DNA of 63,272 bases from Flavobacteriales bacterium (GTDB taxonomy: Bacteria > Bacteroidota > Bacteroidia > Flavobacteriales_F > PHOS-HE28): NCBI GenBank assembly GCA_039933875.1, contig JBDTNF010000140.1:1-63272 (forward strand). Direction: 5' to 3'. Positions 53,995-63,272 of this stretch are shown here, piece by piece. Under the pieces are notes generated by a model that saw nothing but the letters and a program-made list of their open reading frames with translations, ran no database searches and was not told where the DNA came from. The first letter of the stretch is position 1. Each line of letters begins with the position of its first letter. A program made the translations under genes and the position numbers.

Positions 53995-54864
53995 TCACTT
54001 CACCTCGACCACCATGTATTTGCTCAGGCGCCAGAACGCCGCCGGATCCTTGATCTCCAGGTAGGCCAGTTGGTCACCTTCCTCCACGATCGTGTAGGAG
54101 TCCTTCGGATGTTCGGTCACCAGCTTGGCTTTCTTGCCTTCGAGGGTCACACGTTGGGTGGTGCGCACATCCACTTGCTTGAACTGGGATGCGCTCACGC
54201 TCTCGCTCAGCTCCTTGCTCTTCCCGATCCCGATGAGGCCACCGGTGCTCGTGACCACACCCCGCTCTTCGAGTTCCTTGCTCGTGCCGATGGTGTACCA
54301 GGCGGTGTTCATCTCATTGGTCTGTTGCTCGATGAAGGCTTCGCGCTTGGCCACTTCCAATTCCATGGCGGTGAGTTGTTCATTCACCTGCTCGATCTGG
54401 AAATCCCTGGCCAGCAGCCCATCCTTCATGGTCGCGATGGAGGAATCACGTGATGCGAGCATCATGTCCAGTTCCTTCAACTTCTTCCGCAGTCCACCTG
54501 CTTCGATCTTGCTCTTGTCCAGTCGCTTGGTCAATTCCGCAATGCGGTCACGGCTCTCCTGCATCAGGCCGTTCATCAGTTGAAGGTCGCGGACGATCTT
54601 CTTGCGCTTATCGATGTTCAGATCGCCCTGTGAGTTCTCACCCAGCAGCTTTTCGCGCTCGTCCATCAAGGCGATGTTCTTCTCGATGTCGTCGAACGAC
54701 AACGCCATCTCGCCGATCAGCGAATCGCGGCTCTGGAGTTGGTCCTTCAAGTTCTCGGTTTCCGCGCGGGCGGCGAGTTCGCCTTCCGAGGGGCCTGTCG
54801 CGCAGGAGGCGAACAGGCCTGCCGCCATGACGGCGAGCAACAGCGGTTTTGTGGGAGTGTTCAT
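53995..54864 (-). CDS. coiled-coil lipoprotein, function unknown
   Basis: 289 aa with a lipobox in MNTPTKPLLLAVMAAGLFASCA. Long heptad-like E/K/L-rich stretches follow. Confidence 0.65.
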   Translation of the reverse strand: MNTPTKPLLLAVMAAGLFASCATGPSEGELAARAETENLKDQLQSRDSLIGEMALSFDDIEKNIALMDEREKLLGENSQGDLNIDKRKKIVRDLQLMNGLMQESRDRIAELTKRLDKSKIEAGGLRKKLKELDMMLASRDSSIATMKDGLLARDFQIEQVNEQLTAMELEVAKREAFIEQQTNEMNTAWYTIGTSKELEERGVVTSTGGLIGIGKSKELSESVSASQFKQVDVRTTQRVTLEGKKAKLVTEHPKDSYTIVEEGDQLAYLEIKDPAAFWRLSKYMVVEVK

Positions 54865-55058
54865 TATCGTGGGGGGTGTTGGTGCGTGCCCTTGACCGAT
54901 CCGATGCCAGTGCGCTCCAAACCGCCTAAACCCCTTGCATCGCTAGGGATGGGAGGTGATGCCACAGCGAGCGGATCAACCCCGGGATCATGGCAGGTAT
55001 TCCTCACAGGTGTGGCATTTACGCCCCAAACGTGAATCGCAGGTGGGGAATAAGGCGA

Positions 55059-56837
55059 TCAACTCCCCGGCGCGAAAACATCAGGGGGGAAACGCAAGGT
55101 GAAGGTGGTCCCTTCCCCCACCGCGCTGCGAACTTCCAACTTGATCCGGTGGCTGTTGAGGATGCTGCGCGTTGTCGTCAGCCCCAAGCCAAGGCCTCCG
55201 GCCCTTCCTGAATAGAACGGGAGAAAGAGGCGGTCCAGGTTCTCCGCAGGGATGCCCTTCCCATTGTCGCTGATCTCCAGCAGCACTTCGCCACGCACGC
55301 GGTACGCATGCATCCGGAGCCGCCCTTTGCCGGGCTCCATGGCCTCGACGGCGTTGATCGCGATGTTCGTGATCGCAAGGTTGATCAGGTCATGATCGAC
55401 CATCACACTGGGCAGGTCCGGCGCGATATCCATCTCCCCCTTGACCTCTTTGAGCACCAAGCGGTCGGCCACATGGTCCATGGCACCGGTCACAATGTCC
55501 TTCAATGCGCAGGCACCCAGCTTCAGTTCGCGTTGCCGGGTGGATTCGAGCATGCCGTTGATGAGCGTGCCGATGCGCTTCAGGTTGCGATCGATGATCT
55601 GGAAGAACGGCCGCACCAATTCCTCGCGGTCCTGCACCTCGTCGTGCATCTGCTCCACAGCCAGGTGGATGTTGGTGAGCGGGTTGCGCACCTCATGCGC
55701 CACGGTGCGGGTGATCTGGCCGGTCAACGCGATGCGGTCGGCTTCAGCGTTCACTTCCTGGGCGCGCTTCTGTTCGGTGATGTCGGAAAAGGTGACCATG
55801 AAACCATCCTCCAAACGGACGGCATGACTGGAGAACCATGAACTGATACCCTCGCCCTGGTAATAGAACTCGTTCTGGTAAGGGAGCCCCGTCTTGACCA
55901 CGTTGACATAGGCGTCGAACAACCCGGTCGGGCCGTTCTCCGGCATCTCCGTCAACAACCGTTTGCCGATCAGGTCATCGCGCTTCAGGATCACATTGGC
56001 CTGGCGGTTCGATGAAAGGAACTCGAAGTCGACGATCGTACCGGCCTGATCGTGGATCGACCGGAACGCCATGATGCCGTTCGGAGAGATGTCCAACACG
56101 TTCTCCAGCATGTCCTGTATGGAGGTACGCGTCAGCACCTCCTTGTCCAACTCGGCCAGCTTGATACGCAGGTCAAGCTTCGCATGTTCGGTATTGCGCA
56201 GTGAGCGGGAAAGGCGCCAGAAGAGGAGTGCCGTAGCAGCGATGGCCAACAGGGAATAGAAGATCAACGTGATGGGTGCGTCCAATCCGTCGCGTCGCTC
56301 GTTGGAGAGATAGGTCTCCCGCTCCATCCGCAACTGGGCCATCATGAGCGCATGCATCATCCGCACCTCATCCATCGCGACCTTGCTCCGGTCCAGCCCG
56401 GCGACATCGGATCTTGGCGACCGAACCCCTACCGTATCCGCCAATTGTTCAGCCAGCAGGTGCTGGACCCTGTCGTACTTGATCCTCAGCATGTCCAATT
56501 GAGCGTGCCACCCAGCGTTGTCGAGCAGGCTGTCCATCCTGTGGAACCGGATCGAGTCCCTCCCCCGGCCCGCCTCGTATGGTTCCAGGAACGACGGCTC
56601 CCGGGTGAGCAAATAACCGCGCGCGCTCGTTTCCTGATCCTGCAGATCGGAAAAAATATCGGTCAGTTCGATGAGCGCATAGTTGTACCGCCTGATCGAT
56701 GTGACCGAATCATTGTATCGCCGCACGTTGGCATATGTCGCGTACAGCAGTATGACCAATAGGACCAGCGTTCCCACATAGAGCACGACAAGCAGCCGCC
56801 GCTCATCTCGCTCCCGGGAATAGGCCTCGTGGGGCAT
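55059..56837 (-). CDS. sensor histidine kinase (CHASE3-like, PAS, HisKA, HATPase_c)
   Basis: 592 aa. The N-terminal TM is followed by YNYALIELTDIFSDLQDQETSARGYLLT..FLEPY (CHASE3 pattern), a PAS-like middle, RTVAHEVRNPLTNI (H-box) and G-boxes (DNGKGIP, GGLGLGL). Confidence 0.85.
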   Translation of the reverse strand: MPHEAYSRERDERRLLVVLYVGTLVLLVILLYATYANVRRYNDSVTSIRRYNYALIELTDIFSDLQDQETSARGYLLTREPSFLEPYEAGRGRDSIRFHRMDSLLDNAGWHAQLDMLRIKYDRVQHLLAEQLADTVGVRSPRSDVAGLDRSKVAMDEVRMMHALMMAQLRMERETYLSNERRDGLDAPITLIFYSLLAIAATALLFWRLSRSLRNTEHAKLDLRIKLAELDKEVLTRTSIQDMLENVLDISPNGIMAFRSIHDQAGTIVDFEFLSSNRQANVILKRDDLIGKRLLTEMPENGPTGLFDAYVNVVKTGLPYQNEFYYQGEGISSWFSSHAVRLEDGFMVTFSDITEQKRAQEVNAEADRIALTGQITRTVAHEVRNPLTNIHLAVEQMHDEVQDREELVRPFFQIIDRNLKRIGTLINGMLESTRQRELKLGACALKDIVTGAMDHVADRLVLKEVKGEMDIAPDLPSVMVDHDLINLAITNIAINAVEAMEPGKGRLRMHAYRVRGEVLLEISDNGKGIPAENLDRLFLPFYSGRAGGLGLGLTTTRSILNSHRIKLEVRSAVGEGTTFTLRFPPDVFAPGS

Positions 56838-56904
56838 GCCTGAACGATCTACGGAAAAGCCCCGTAACGGGTCATGTCAGCGACGTGCATGAGCGGTGCA
56901 TGGA

Positions 56905-58302
56905 TCAAACCTCCAATCCAAAGGACCGCAACTTATTGTACAACGTCTTTCGATCGATGTTCAGTTGCTCCGCAGTGCGCGACTTGTTGTAACCGTTGCG
57001 CTCCAGTGCGGTGAGTATCGCATCGCGCTCGGCCTGATGGGCCACACCACGCAATCCTTCCTCGGCCGGATGTGCCATCGCGGTACCGGTCGTTTGCGGA
57101 CTTGAAGAGCCATTGCCGGAAAGCACCATGGCAGGCAGGCATTCCACACTGATCAAGCTGCCGGTGCTGAGCAGAACGGCACGTTTCACCATGTTGCCCA
57201 ACTCGCGCAGGTTGCCACTCCAGGCATGGTTCACCAGGCACTTCATGGCAGCCTCCTCGAACCCGGTCACCTCACGGCCCAAACGCGTGTTGGCACGCTC
57301 CAGGAAGTGTTGCGCGAACCGGGGGATATCCTCACGCCGTTCACGCAATGGAAGCAAGTGGATGGAGAATTCGTTGATGCGGTGCCAGAGGTCCTCACGG
57401 AATCGCCCATCCGTGACCGCCTTGCGAAGATCTTCGTTGGTGGCGATGAGGATGCGCACATCCACATCGATGTCCTTGGTGCCGCCGATACGCTTGATCT
57501 TGCGTTCCTGCAAGACGCGCAGGAGCTTCACCTGGTTCTCGTAGGTCAGGTTGCCGATCTCATCCAGGAACAACGTGCCCCCGTGCGCCTGTTCGAAACT
57601 GCCGGGGCGATCGCTCACCGCACCCGTGAACGATCCCTTGGTATGGCCGAACAGCTCACTACCCGCCAATTCCTTGGGAAGCGCTCCACAATCCACAGCA
57701 ACGAAGGGACCGCTCGCACGCGCGCTCTGTTGATGGATGCGTTTCGCCACGAACTCCTTTCCCGTGCCGGTTTCACCGGTGATGAGAACGGACATGTCCG
57801 TAGGCGCCACCAAGCTGATGTGCTTCGCGATATTCACCGACGAGGGGCCCGTGCCATCCACGTAGACCTGCCCGGCCGGCCCCTTCGATGACCCCGATGA
57901 GGAGCCGGTCTTCCCCGTGACCACCTCGCCCGCGGGTTCGGTGGTCAGCGCGTCCTGCACACGCATCAGCAGTTCATCCGGATACAGGGGCTTGGCGATG
58001 TAGTCGAACGCTCCCCTGCGCATCAATTCAACGGCCAGTCGCACTTCCGAATACCCGGTGATGATGATGACCTGGGTACCGGGGGAGGTGGCGCGGATGT
58101 GTTGCACCATCTGCAACCCGTCCGTATCCGGTAAGCGATGGTCGCACAGGACAAGATCGAAACGCTGGGTGTTCATCAACTCCTTTGCGGTGGAGCCGCG
58201 CCCTGCAGTGGCTACGGTGTATCCGTTCTTCGTAAGGAAACGCGAGAGCAGGTGACAGATGTCCTGATCGTCGTCCACGACAAGTATGTGAGTGGTGGCC
58301 AT
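56905..58302 (-). CDS. sigma-54-dependent response regulator (NtrC family)
   Basis: 465 aa. It has a receiver domain ([10 protein letters not shown]...[13 protein letters not shown]), an AAA+ domain ([31 protein letters not shown]) and a C-terminal Fis-type HTH ([20 protein letters not shown]). Confidence 0.92.
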   Translation of the reverse strand: MATTHILVVDDDQDICHLLSRFLTKNGYTVATAGRGSTAKELMNTQRFDLVLCDHRLPDTDGLQMVQHIRATSPGTQVIIITGYSEVRLAVELMRRGAFDYIAKPLYPDELLMRVQDALTTEPAGEVVTGKTGSSSGSSKGPAGQVYVDGTGPSSVNIAKHISLVAPTDMSVLITGETGTGKEFVAKRIHQQSARASGPFVAVDCGALPKELAGSELFGHTKGSFTGAVSDRPGSFEQAHGGTLFLDEIGNLTYENQVKLLRVLQERKIKRIGGTKDIDVDVRILIATNEDLRKAVTDGRFREDLWHRINEFSIHLLPLRERREDIPRFAQHFLERANTRLGREVTGFEEAAMKCLVNHAWSGNLRELGNMVKRAVLLSTGSLISVECLPAMVLSGNGSSSPQTTGTAMAHPAEEGLRGVAHQAERDAILTALERNGYNKSRTAEQLNIDRKTLYNKLRSFGLEV

Positions 58303-58318
58303 GGTGGTATGGGTTTGA

Positions 58319-58696
58319 TCAGGCCTGGAAACCCAGGTCCCGGATGGAGGTCAAGATCATGGAACGGTTGAAGGGCTTGGGCACGAACAGGTCGGCCCCT
58401 TCACCTACAGCTCGCGCTCCTTCATCCATCGCGCTGATGGCGATGAGCCGGGCATCGGGCTGTGCGGCCTTGATATCGGGGATCAGGTCGTAACCCAACC
58501 CGTCAGGCAGATGTACGTCGATGAAAACCGCATCGTAGTGGGCGTGCTTCAAAGCCTCACGCCCCTGTTGCACACTGTGTGCGAAGTCGCATTCCGTACC
58601 GGTGCGCCGCAGCATGTTCCGGAGTAGCTGGCAGATCTCCTGCTCATCATCCACCAAAAGGGCGTTCTTCATCGTTCTCATTCGTTCCGCGGGCAT
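58319..58696 (-). CDS. single-domain response regulator (receiver only)
   Basis: 125 aa. ALLVDDEQEICQLL...AVFIDVHLPDGLGYDLI...AISA...FVPKPF. Confidence 0.85.
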   Translation of the reverse strand: MPAERMRTMKNALLVDDEQEICQLLRNMLRRTGTECDFAHSVQQGREALKHAHYDAVFIDVHLPDGLGYDLIPDIKAAQPDARLIAISAMDEGARAVGEGADLFVPKPFNRSMILTSIRDLGFQA

Positions 58697-58980
58697 CTCA
58701 ACTCGTGTCGTCTCCGTGAGGCTGGATCCGTAGTTCGATGCGCCAGGTTCAACCTTGTTGGCCGGATGGTTGGAAAAAGCGTGCCTCCGCCCATTCCTGC
58801 CTCTTATCCACGCTGACCAAGGCTCCGAAAGGTAATCTCATCCTGGCGTGGGGTGGGATTTCCCCGGTCACCGGGGGATCTATTCCACACATCTGCCGCC
58901 TTCTGCAATTGCCCACCTACGACACTATGGGCCGCATATGAACGGCGCGATGTTCTCCATCTGACGGACTTTCCCCACAA

Positions 58981-60183
58981 ATGCCCGAGCAGGTCATGCC
59001 TTCTTCGTCCCCCTCATCCGCAGCCACGGCGCCATCATCCGCCAAGCGTCGTAAACGTCTTCGCATCTGGCTCATCATCGTGGGCGCCTTGATCCTCCTC
59101 CGCATAGCGCTGCCGTACATCCTTCTCCATTTCGCGAACCAGCGGCTGGCGAACATGCCGGGTTATCATGGCCATATCAACGACATCGATATCGCCCTAT
59201 ACCGGGGCGCATACCGTCTCGAACGATTCCATCTCGATAAGGTGGACAGCCTGACGCACGAGCGTACCCCGTTCATCGGTGCGGACCTGATCGACCTCTC
59301 GGTGGAATGGAAAGCCTTGTTCAAGGGCGGATTCGTGGGAGAACTGGAGATCGAGCACCCCCTGTTGCGCTTCACCCTGGACAAAACGGAGCCCGCCGAT
59401 GTGCAGAAGGACACCGCCAGCCTGGGTGATCTCCTGAAGGATTTCATGCCCTTGCGCATCAACCGCCTCGCCATGCACGACGGCAGTCTGGAATACGCGG
59501 ATGAAGGCTCGACCCCACCGCTCAACCTGGCACTTACGGATCTGCAGGCGCTTGCCACAAACCTCACTTCCGTTGTGGACACAAGCGATCTGCTCCCGGC
59601 CAAGATCGATGCGACGGCGTTGCTGTACGGGGGTGCCCTGCAGTTCAACATGGCCCTCGACCCCTTGAGCCGTCAGAGCATTTTCGACATGAACCTGAGC
59701 GTGGAGGGAATGGAACTGCCCAAGGTCAACGACTTCTTCCAGGCCTATGCGGACTTCGACGTGAACCGCGGAACGCTCTCGCTTTACACCGAGATCGCCA
59801 CGCGCGACGGAGCCTTCAAAGGCTATGTGAAGCCGATCATCAAGGACCTCGACGTGCTTGGCAGGGAGGATCGCAAGGACAATATCCTGCGTCAGCTGTG
59901 GGAGGGGATCGTGGGGACGGCGGGTGCGATCCTTACGAACCCCAAAAAAGACCAGGTGGCCACCAAGGTGCTTTTGGAAGGAAGGCTTGACGACCCTAAG
60001 GTGCGCACCTGGGTGGCCGTGGTCGACCTGTTGCGCAACGCCTTTATTCGCGCTTTGGAGCCGGCGATCGACCGCGATATCAACATCGCTTCGCCCCTCT
60101 CCAACGCGGAGCCTGAGCAGAAGGAGGGGTTCTTGAAACGCGTGTTCGGTAGCAACAAGAAAAAGAAAGGGACATCGAACTAG
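58981..60183 (+). CDS. DUF748-like membrane-anchored protein
   Basis: 400 aa. A Ser/Ala-rich N-terminus is followed by a TM helix (LRIWLIIVGALILLRIAL). The repeated pattern GYHGHINDIDIALYRGAYRLERFHL / LAMHDGSLEYAD matches my memory of DUF748 (AsmA-like) proteins. Confidence 0.55.
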   Translation: MPEQVMPSSSPSSAATAPSSAKRRKRLRIWLIIVGALILLRIALPYILLHFANQRLANMPGYHGHINDIDIALYRGAYRLERFHLDKVDSLTHERTPFIGADLIDLSVEWKALFKGGFVGELEIEHPLLRFTLDKTEPADVQKDTASLGDLLKDFMPLRINRLAMHDGSLEYADEGSTPPLNLALTDLQALATNLTSVVDTSDLLPAKIDATALLYGGALQFNMALDPLSRQSIFDMNLSVEGMELPKVNDFFQAYADFDVNRGTLSLYTEIATRDGAFKGYVKPIIKDLDVLGREDRKDNILRQLWEGIVGTAGAILTNPKKDQVATKVLLEGRLDDPKVRTWVAVVDLLRNAFIRALEPAIDRDINIASPLSNAEPEQKEGFLKRVFGSNKKKKGTSN

Positions 60184-60614
60184 GGGGTGCCATGGACCCG
60201 GGGGAGCGACGCAACAGTGCCGCAGACCTGATCTCCTATCAACAGTGGTTGGGGTTGCGGGCCATCTGAAGCGGAAGCGCCCCTCCTGGGCCTTGGATCT
60301 TTCATCCGCCTTCTGCCGCTGTTCGCGCATGCGGGACGCGGGACGCGGATCCAGTGTGGAGGGATCACCTCATTTCCCGGTGAGCGTTTCCCCAACAATT
60401 CGATCCGGTCAGACCGCCGCACACCACTGCGGTCATTCCGGGCGTGCCCATCGAGAACGCTACGGTTTTCTTGTGAGCCCTACGCTGCCGCACGTTCTGC
60501 GTGCTCTGCGACGTCTTCCGCACACCCGTTCGGTTCGTTCATGTCGATCATGGAACACCGCTTGAACTGGATACGGAGATGAACGCTTTCAGCTCGACCA
60601 AGACTTTGACCTCC

Positions 60615-61238
60615 ATGAAGAACTCCCGCACGATCCTCACCGCAGCCTTCGTCAGTTGCATCGCACTCAGTGCCAGTCAAGCGCAAGAATTCCGGCTGGG
60701 CGGTGGATACAATGGTAGCAACGTACAGGAGGCAGGTCCCGATCAGTGGGTCGGCCGCGCAGGCTACCAGTTCGGCGCCGACCTGCTGCTGGGTGGCCAC
60801 TGGTTCGTGAAACCGGGGCTCCACTTCGAGGTGCGGAACCTGAACTACAGCGTTGCTGGCGTCAATGAGGATGGGACACCCACAGGAACGGACGTGGAAT
60901 TCCGGTACACCGAGCGCGCGCTCCGCGTACCGCTGCTCGGGGGCTTGCGCTTGATGGACCCGGCCGATGATCCCGCGTTCAACATTTACCTCTTCGGCGG
61001 CCCTACCGCACTGTTCAATCTCAGCGCCGACCTCGACAACGACGCGCTGGACGTGGCGACCAAACCCGCACAGTGGTTTCTCGGCTTCGGCGCTGGCCTG
61101 GAGATCAGTTTCATCTTCCTGGAGGCTGGGTACGATGTGGCGATGAGCAATGTGTTCGAGGGTGATGACTTCGATACCAATCCCAAAGTGAATAACCTGT
61201 ACATCTCTGGAGGCGTGCGCCTTCAACTCGCGAAGTGA
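60615..61238 (+). CDS. small outer-membrane beta-barrel (porin-family) protein
   Basis: The ATG at 60615 gives MKNSRTILTAAFVSCIALSASQAQ (signal peptide). Alternating-strand sequence follows, ending ...LYISGGVRLQLAK. The track ORF starts at 60501. Confidence 0.65.
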   Translation: MKNSRTILTAAFVSCIALSASQAQEFRLGGGYNGSNVQEAGPDQWVGRAGYQFGADLLLGGHWFVKPGLHFEVRNLNYSVAGVNEDGTPTGTDVEFRYTERALRVPLLGGLRLMDPADDPAFNIYLFGGPTALFNLSADLDNDALDVATKPAQWFLGFGAGLEISFIFLEAGYDVAMSNVFEGDDFDTNPKVNNLYISGGVRLQLAK

Positions 61239-61287
61239 GCCGTAATACCTCCTTCGAACTGAACAAGGAACCAACTCACCACCTATC

Positions 61288-61644
61288 ATGAGAACCATCA
61301 AAAACATCGCGGCCGCCATCGCTACTACCATCACACTGCTGGTCGCCACACCTGCGGTTGCCGCCGACCATGGCGGACGGGACGTTCGTATCAACGAGGA
61401 GAATTTCGCCAAGTTGGCCCCGGAAGATCAGCAGCGCGTGCTGGCGATCAAAGTCCGATTGGAGGAACTGATCGCCACGGACCGTTCCACGCTCTCGACC
61501 TCGGAGCGTGTCGCGCTGCGCAGCGAATGGAAGGAATTGAAGCGTGAGATGCGGGCCCAGAACGATGGCGGTCACGGCAGTGTGCTCTACATTTCCACCG
61601 GCGCGTTGATCATCATAATCTTGCTGCTTATCATCCTTCTCTGA
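61288..61644 (+). CDS. small secreted or C-terminally anchored hypothetical protein
   Basis: 118 aa. It has a signal peptide (MRTIKNIAAAIATTITLLVATPAVA), a charged helical middle and a hydrophobic C-terminus (GALIIIILLLIILL). Confidence 0.5.
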   Translation: MRTIKNIAAAIATTITLLVATPAVAADHGGRDVRINEENFAKLAPEDQQRVLAIKVRLEELIATDRSTLSTSERVALRSEWKELKREMRAQNDGGHGSVLYISTGALIIIILLLIILL

Positions 61645-61681
61645 TCTTTGCGCACGGCGTCATCCGTCACATCGTATCCCA

Positions 61682-62812
61682 ATGACCGGACCTTCACCGC
61701 AGGACCAACGCACGGTCGTTCAACCGCAATACCAGAAGCTGAGTGTCATACTGCTCGGCTTGGTCGCGTTGTTCTACGCGCTCTCGGTGGCGAAGCCCAT
61801 TCTGGCACCGTTGCTATTCGCCTTGTTGCTCGCTATGCTGCTCAACCCGTTGGTTAACGGGATGGCGAAAGGGATACCGCGCATACTGGCGATAACCGCC
61901 GCGGTGTTGCTGGCCATGTGCGCCCTGATCGGTCTCAGCTACTTCATTGTTACACAGGCCGCGCACTTCAGCGAAACACTTCCACAACTCAAGGAGAAGC
62001 TGAGTGGCTTGGGAAAGGAAGCGAATCGCTGGGCGCAGGATGCGTTCCACATGAAGCGCGGGGAGGTGAGCGATGCCGTGGAGAAGGTGAAAGACCAGGG
62101 CATGGCGAAGGGTGGCGCGCTGGTCGGCCAGACCCTCACCACCGTGGGGACCATGTTCGCGTTCTTCTTTCTGCTGCCCGTTTTCACATTCCTCCTGCTG
62201 CTCTACAAACGGCTTCTGATCACCTTCATCACGAAACTCTTCCCACCACAGGCCCAGGACATATTGAACGATGTGCTTTCCCAGACCAAGGGGGTGATCC
62301 AGAGCTACCTCGTGGGTCTGCTTTTCGAAGCGGGCATCGTAGCGACGCTCAATTGGATCGGGCTCACGATCATCGGCGTGCAATACGCGCTGTTGCTGGC
62401 GGTGATCGGCGCAGTGTTGAACCTGATCCCGTATATCGGGATGATCATCGCCACCATATTGCCGATGATCATCGCGCTCGCCACACAGGACCCTGCAGCC
62501 GCCATGTGGGTTCTTGGCCTCTACTTATTCGTGCAGTTCGTGGACAACAACTTCATCGTCCCGAAAGTGGTGGCTTCGCGTGTGCAACTGAACGCTTTGG
62601 TCTCCATCCTTGTGGTGATGATCGGGGGCGCACTTTGGGGCATTCCAGGCATGTTCCTGTCCATTCCGCTCACCGCCATGCTGAAAGTGATCTTCGACCG
62701 CGTACCAGGGTTGGAGCCGTTCGGATACGTACTCGGTGATGACGACCCCGAAGCGCATCGCTCGATCTTCCGGGTGAAGGCCTTGGGCCCGACTGCCGCG
62801 AAGGGCAAGTGA
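61682..62812 (+). CDS. AI-2E family transporter (PerM/UPF0118)
   Basis: 376 aa, about 8 TM segments. The C-terminal conserved stretch NFIVPKVVASRVQLNALVSILVVMIGGALWGIPGMFLSIPLTA is typical of the family. Confidence 0.85.
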   Translation: MTGPSPQDQRTVVQPQYQKLSVILLGLVALFYALSVAKPILAPLLFALLLAMLLNPLVNGMAKGIPRILAITAAVLLAMCALIGLSYFIVTQAAHFSETLPQLKEKLSGLGKEANRWAQDAFHMKRGEVSDAVEKVKDQGMAKGGALVGQTLTTVGTMFAFFFLLPVFTFLLLLYKRLLITFITKLFPPQAQDILNDVLSQTKGVIQSYLVGLLFEAGIVATLNWIGLTIIGVQYALLLAVIGAVLNLIPYIGMIIATILPMIIALATQDPAAAMWVLGLYLFVQFVDNNFIVPKVVASRVQLNALVSILVVMIGGALWGIPGMFLSIPLTAMLKVIFDRVPGLEPFGYVLGDDDPEAHRSIFRVKALGPTAAKGK

Positions 62813-62826
62813 TCGGCCCATCCTGA

Positions 62827-63073
62827 TCACATTTCAGGCCGCATCTCGTCTTGCTCTATCGGCCTGCCGAAATTGCACGGTTACGAGGTATGCCGCCGTA
62901 TCCGCCAGCAGCCCTGGGGCAAGGAGATGGTGGTGATCGCCTTGACCGGGTGGGGTCAGGAGGAGGACAGGAAGGGATCACGAGAGGGCGGGTTCAACGC
63001 GCATTTTGTGAAACCCCTTGAGCGCGCTGCCTTGGCGCAGGGGCTCGCGGGGAACTATCCCGCCGCAGCGTAA
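62827..63073 (+). pseudogene. 5'-truncated, frameshifted remnant of a response-regulator receiver domain
   Basis: Frame 2 from 62858 reads IGLPKLHGYEVCRRIRQQPWGKEMVVIALTGWGQEEDRKGSREGGFNAHFVKPL (the receiver C-terminal two-thirds). Frame 1 at 62827-62856 reads SHFRPHLVLL. The junction ctc|tatcgg fits ctc-GAt-atc-ggc with 2 nt lost at the phospho-acceptor Asp codon. There is a stop at 62824-62826 and no N-terminal third. Confidence 0.6.
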
Positions 63074-63122
63074 TTGGGATCGCGCACCGTCAGGCACGCT
63101 CGAACGCCCCACCCGTTGTGCG

Positions 63123-63272
63123 TCAGGCGGCGAGTTCAAGCACATACTTGAACGTGCCTGCGGCTTCCACCACATGCATATCCGAAGCGCTGCGCAAGCG
63201 GTCGCGCTTCCACAAGTGGACCGTCCAGTTGTGCAGGCCCTCCTTGCGTGCGACAGGGTCCAGGAAGAGCGC
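63123..63272 (-). CDS. C-terminal end of an unidentified protein (5' end beyond the window)
   Basis: Hand translation of the minus strand gives ...ALFLDPVARKEGLHNWTVHLWKRDRLRSASDMHVVEAAGTFKYVLELAA, with the stop at 63125-63123. It is open to the right edge and no family was recognised. Confidence 0.3.
   Translation of the reverse strand, partial: ALFLDPVARKEGLHNWTVHLWKRDRLRSASDMHVVEAAGTFKYVLELAA

Noticed and set aside
58697-58980. A sigma-54 promoter might sit near the NtrC-family operon or the DUF748 gene (candidate TGGCCGGATGGTTGG around 58760).
   Set aside because: - The -12 element would be GG rather than GC at the required spacing from the -24 GG.
- I found no convincing TGGCAC-N5-TTGC match by eye in this or the neighbouring intergenic regions.
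- A proper position-weight-matrix scan is needed.
61682-63073. The AI-2E transporter stop (62810-62812) is in the same frame as the receiver-domain remnant, which could suggest stop-codon read-through or a fusion protein.
   Set aside because: - Sharing a frame has a one-in-three chance.
- The intervening translation (SAHPDHISGRISSCS) is not receiver-like.
- The remnant's own upstream residues lie in a different frame, and the N-terminal third of the domain is missing.

Overview
High-GC segment that looks like Bacteroidota chromosome, judged from T9SS type A and type B (CHU_C) C-terminal sorting domains and TPR-LytS kinases with a LytTR regulator. All calls rest on reading the ORF translations and the DNA by eye; no searches were run.

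Layout:
- 1-12.0 kb: cluster of large secreted, T9SS-sorted surface proteins. One FG-GAP-repeat gene runs off the left edge and is missing from the supplied ORF track.
- 12.0-21.7 kb: three tandem TPR-LytS-type sensor kinases, a small membrane protein, a T9SS-sorted protein and one LytTR response regulator.
- 21.7-23.0 kb: an orphan FN3-domain protein, then a roughly 0.55-kb degenerate tandem-repeat array in strict 84-bp register.
- 23.05-35.9 kb: the accessory highlight, one tightly packed minus-strand defence operon. Transcription order is single-TRD HsdS-like, 96-aa coiled-coil protein, hsdM, RhuM-family gene, metallophosphoesterase, TIR-domain protein, hsdS, patatin CapV, CD-NTase ending in -GG, small E2-like protein, hsdR, DUF45 metalloprotease.
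- 35.9-63.3 kb: ordinary core genes. These include a CDF transporter, CotH-like protein, purQ, purD, redoxin, TauE, methyltransferase plus GT2, acyl-CoA carboxyltransferase, HAMP/HisKA_2 kinase, YebC, OMPs, an ECF sigma/anti-sigma pair, a CHASE3 kinase-NtrC-REC operon, a DUF748 protein, an AI-2E transporter and a decayed receiver-domain remnant.

The best candidate for an undescribed system is the translationally coupled metallophosphoesterase + TIR pair embedded in the type I R-M operon, next to a type II-short CBASS. The phased repeat array at the island edge is the main unexplained non-coding signal. I recognised no rRNA, tRNA, CRISPR array, integrase or transposase.
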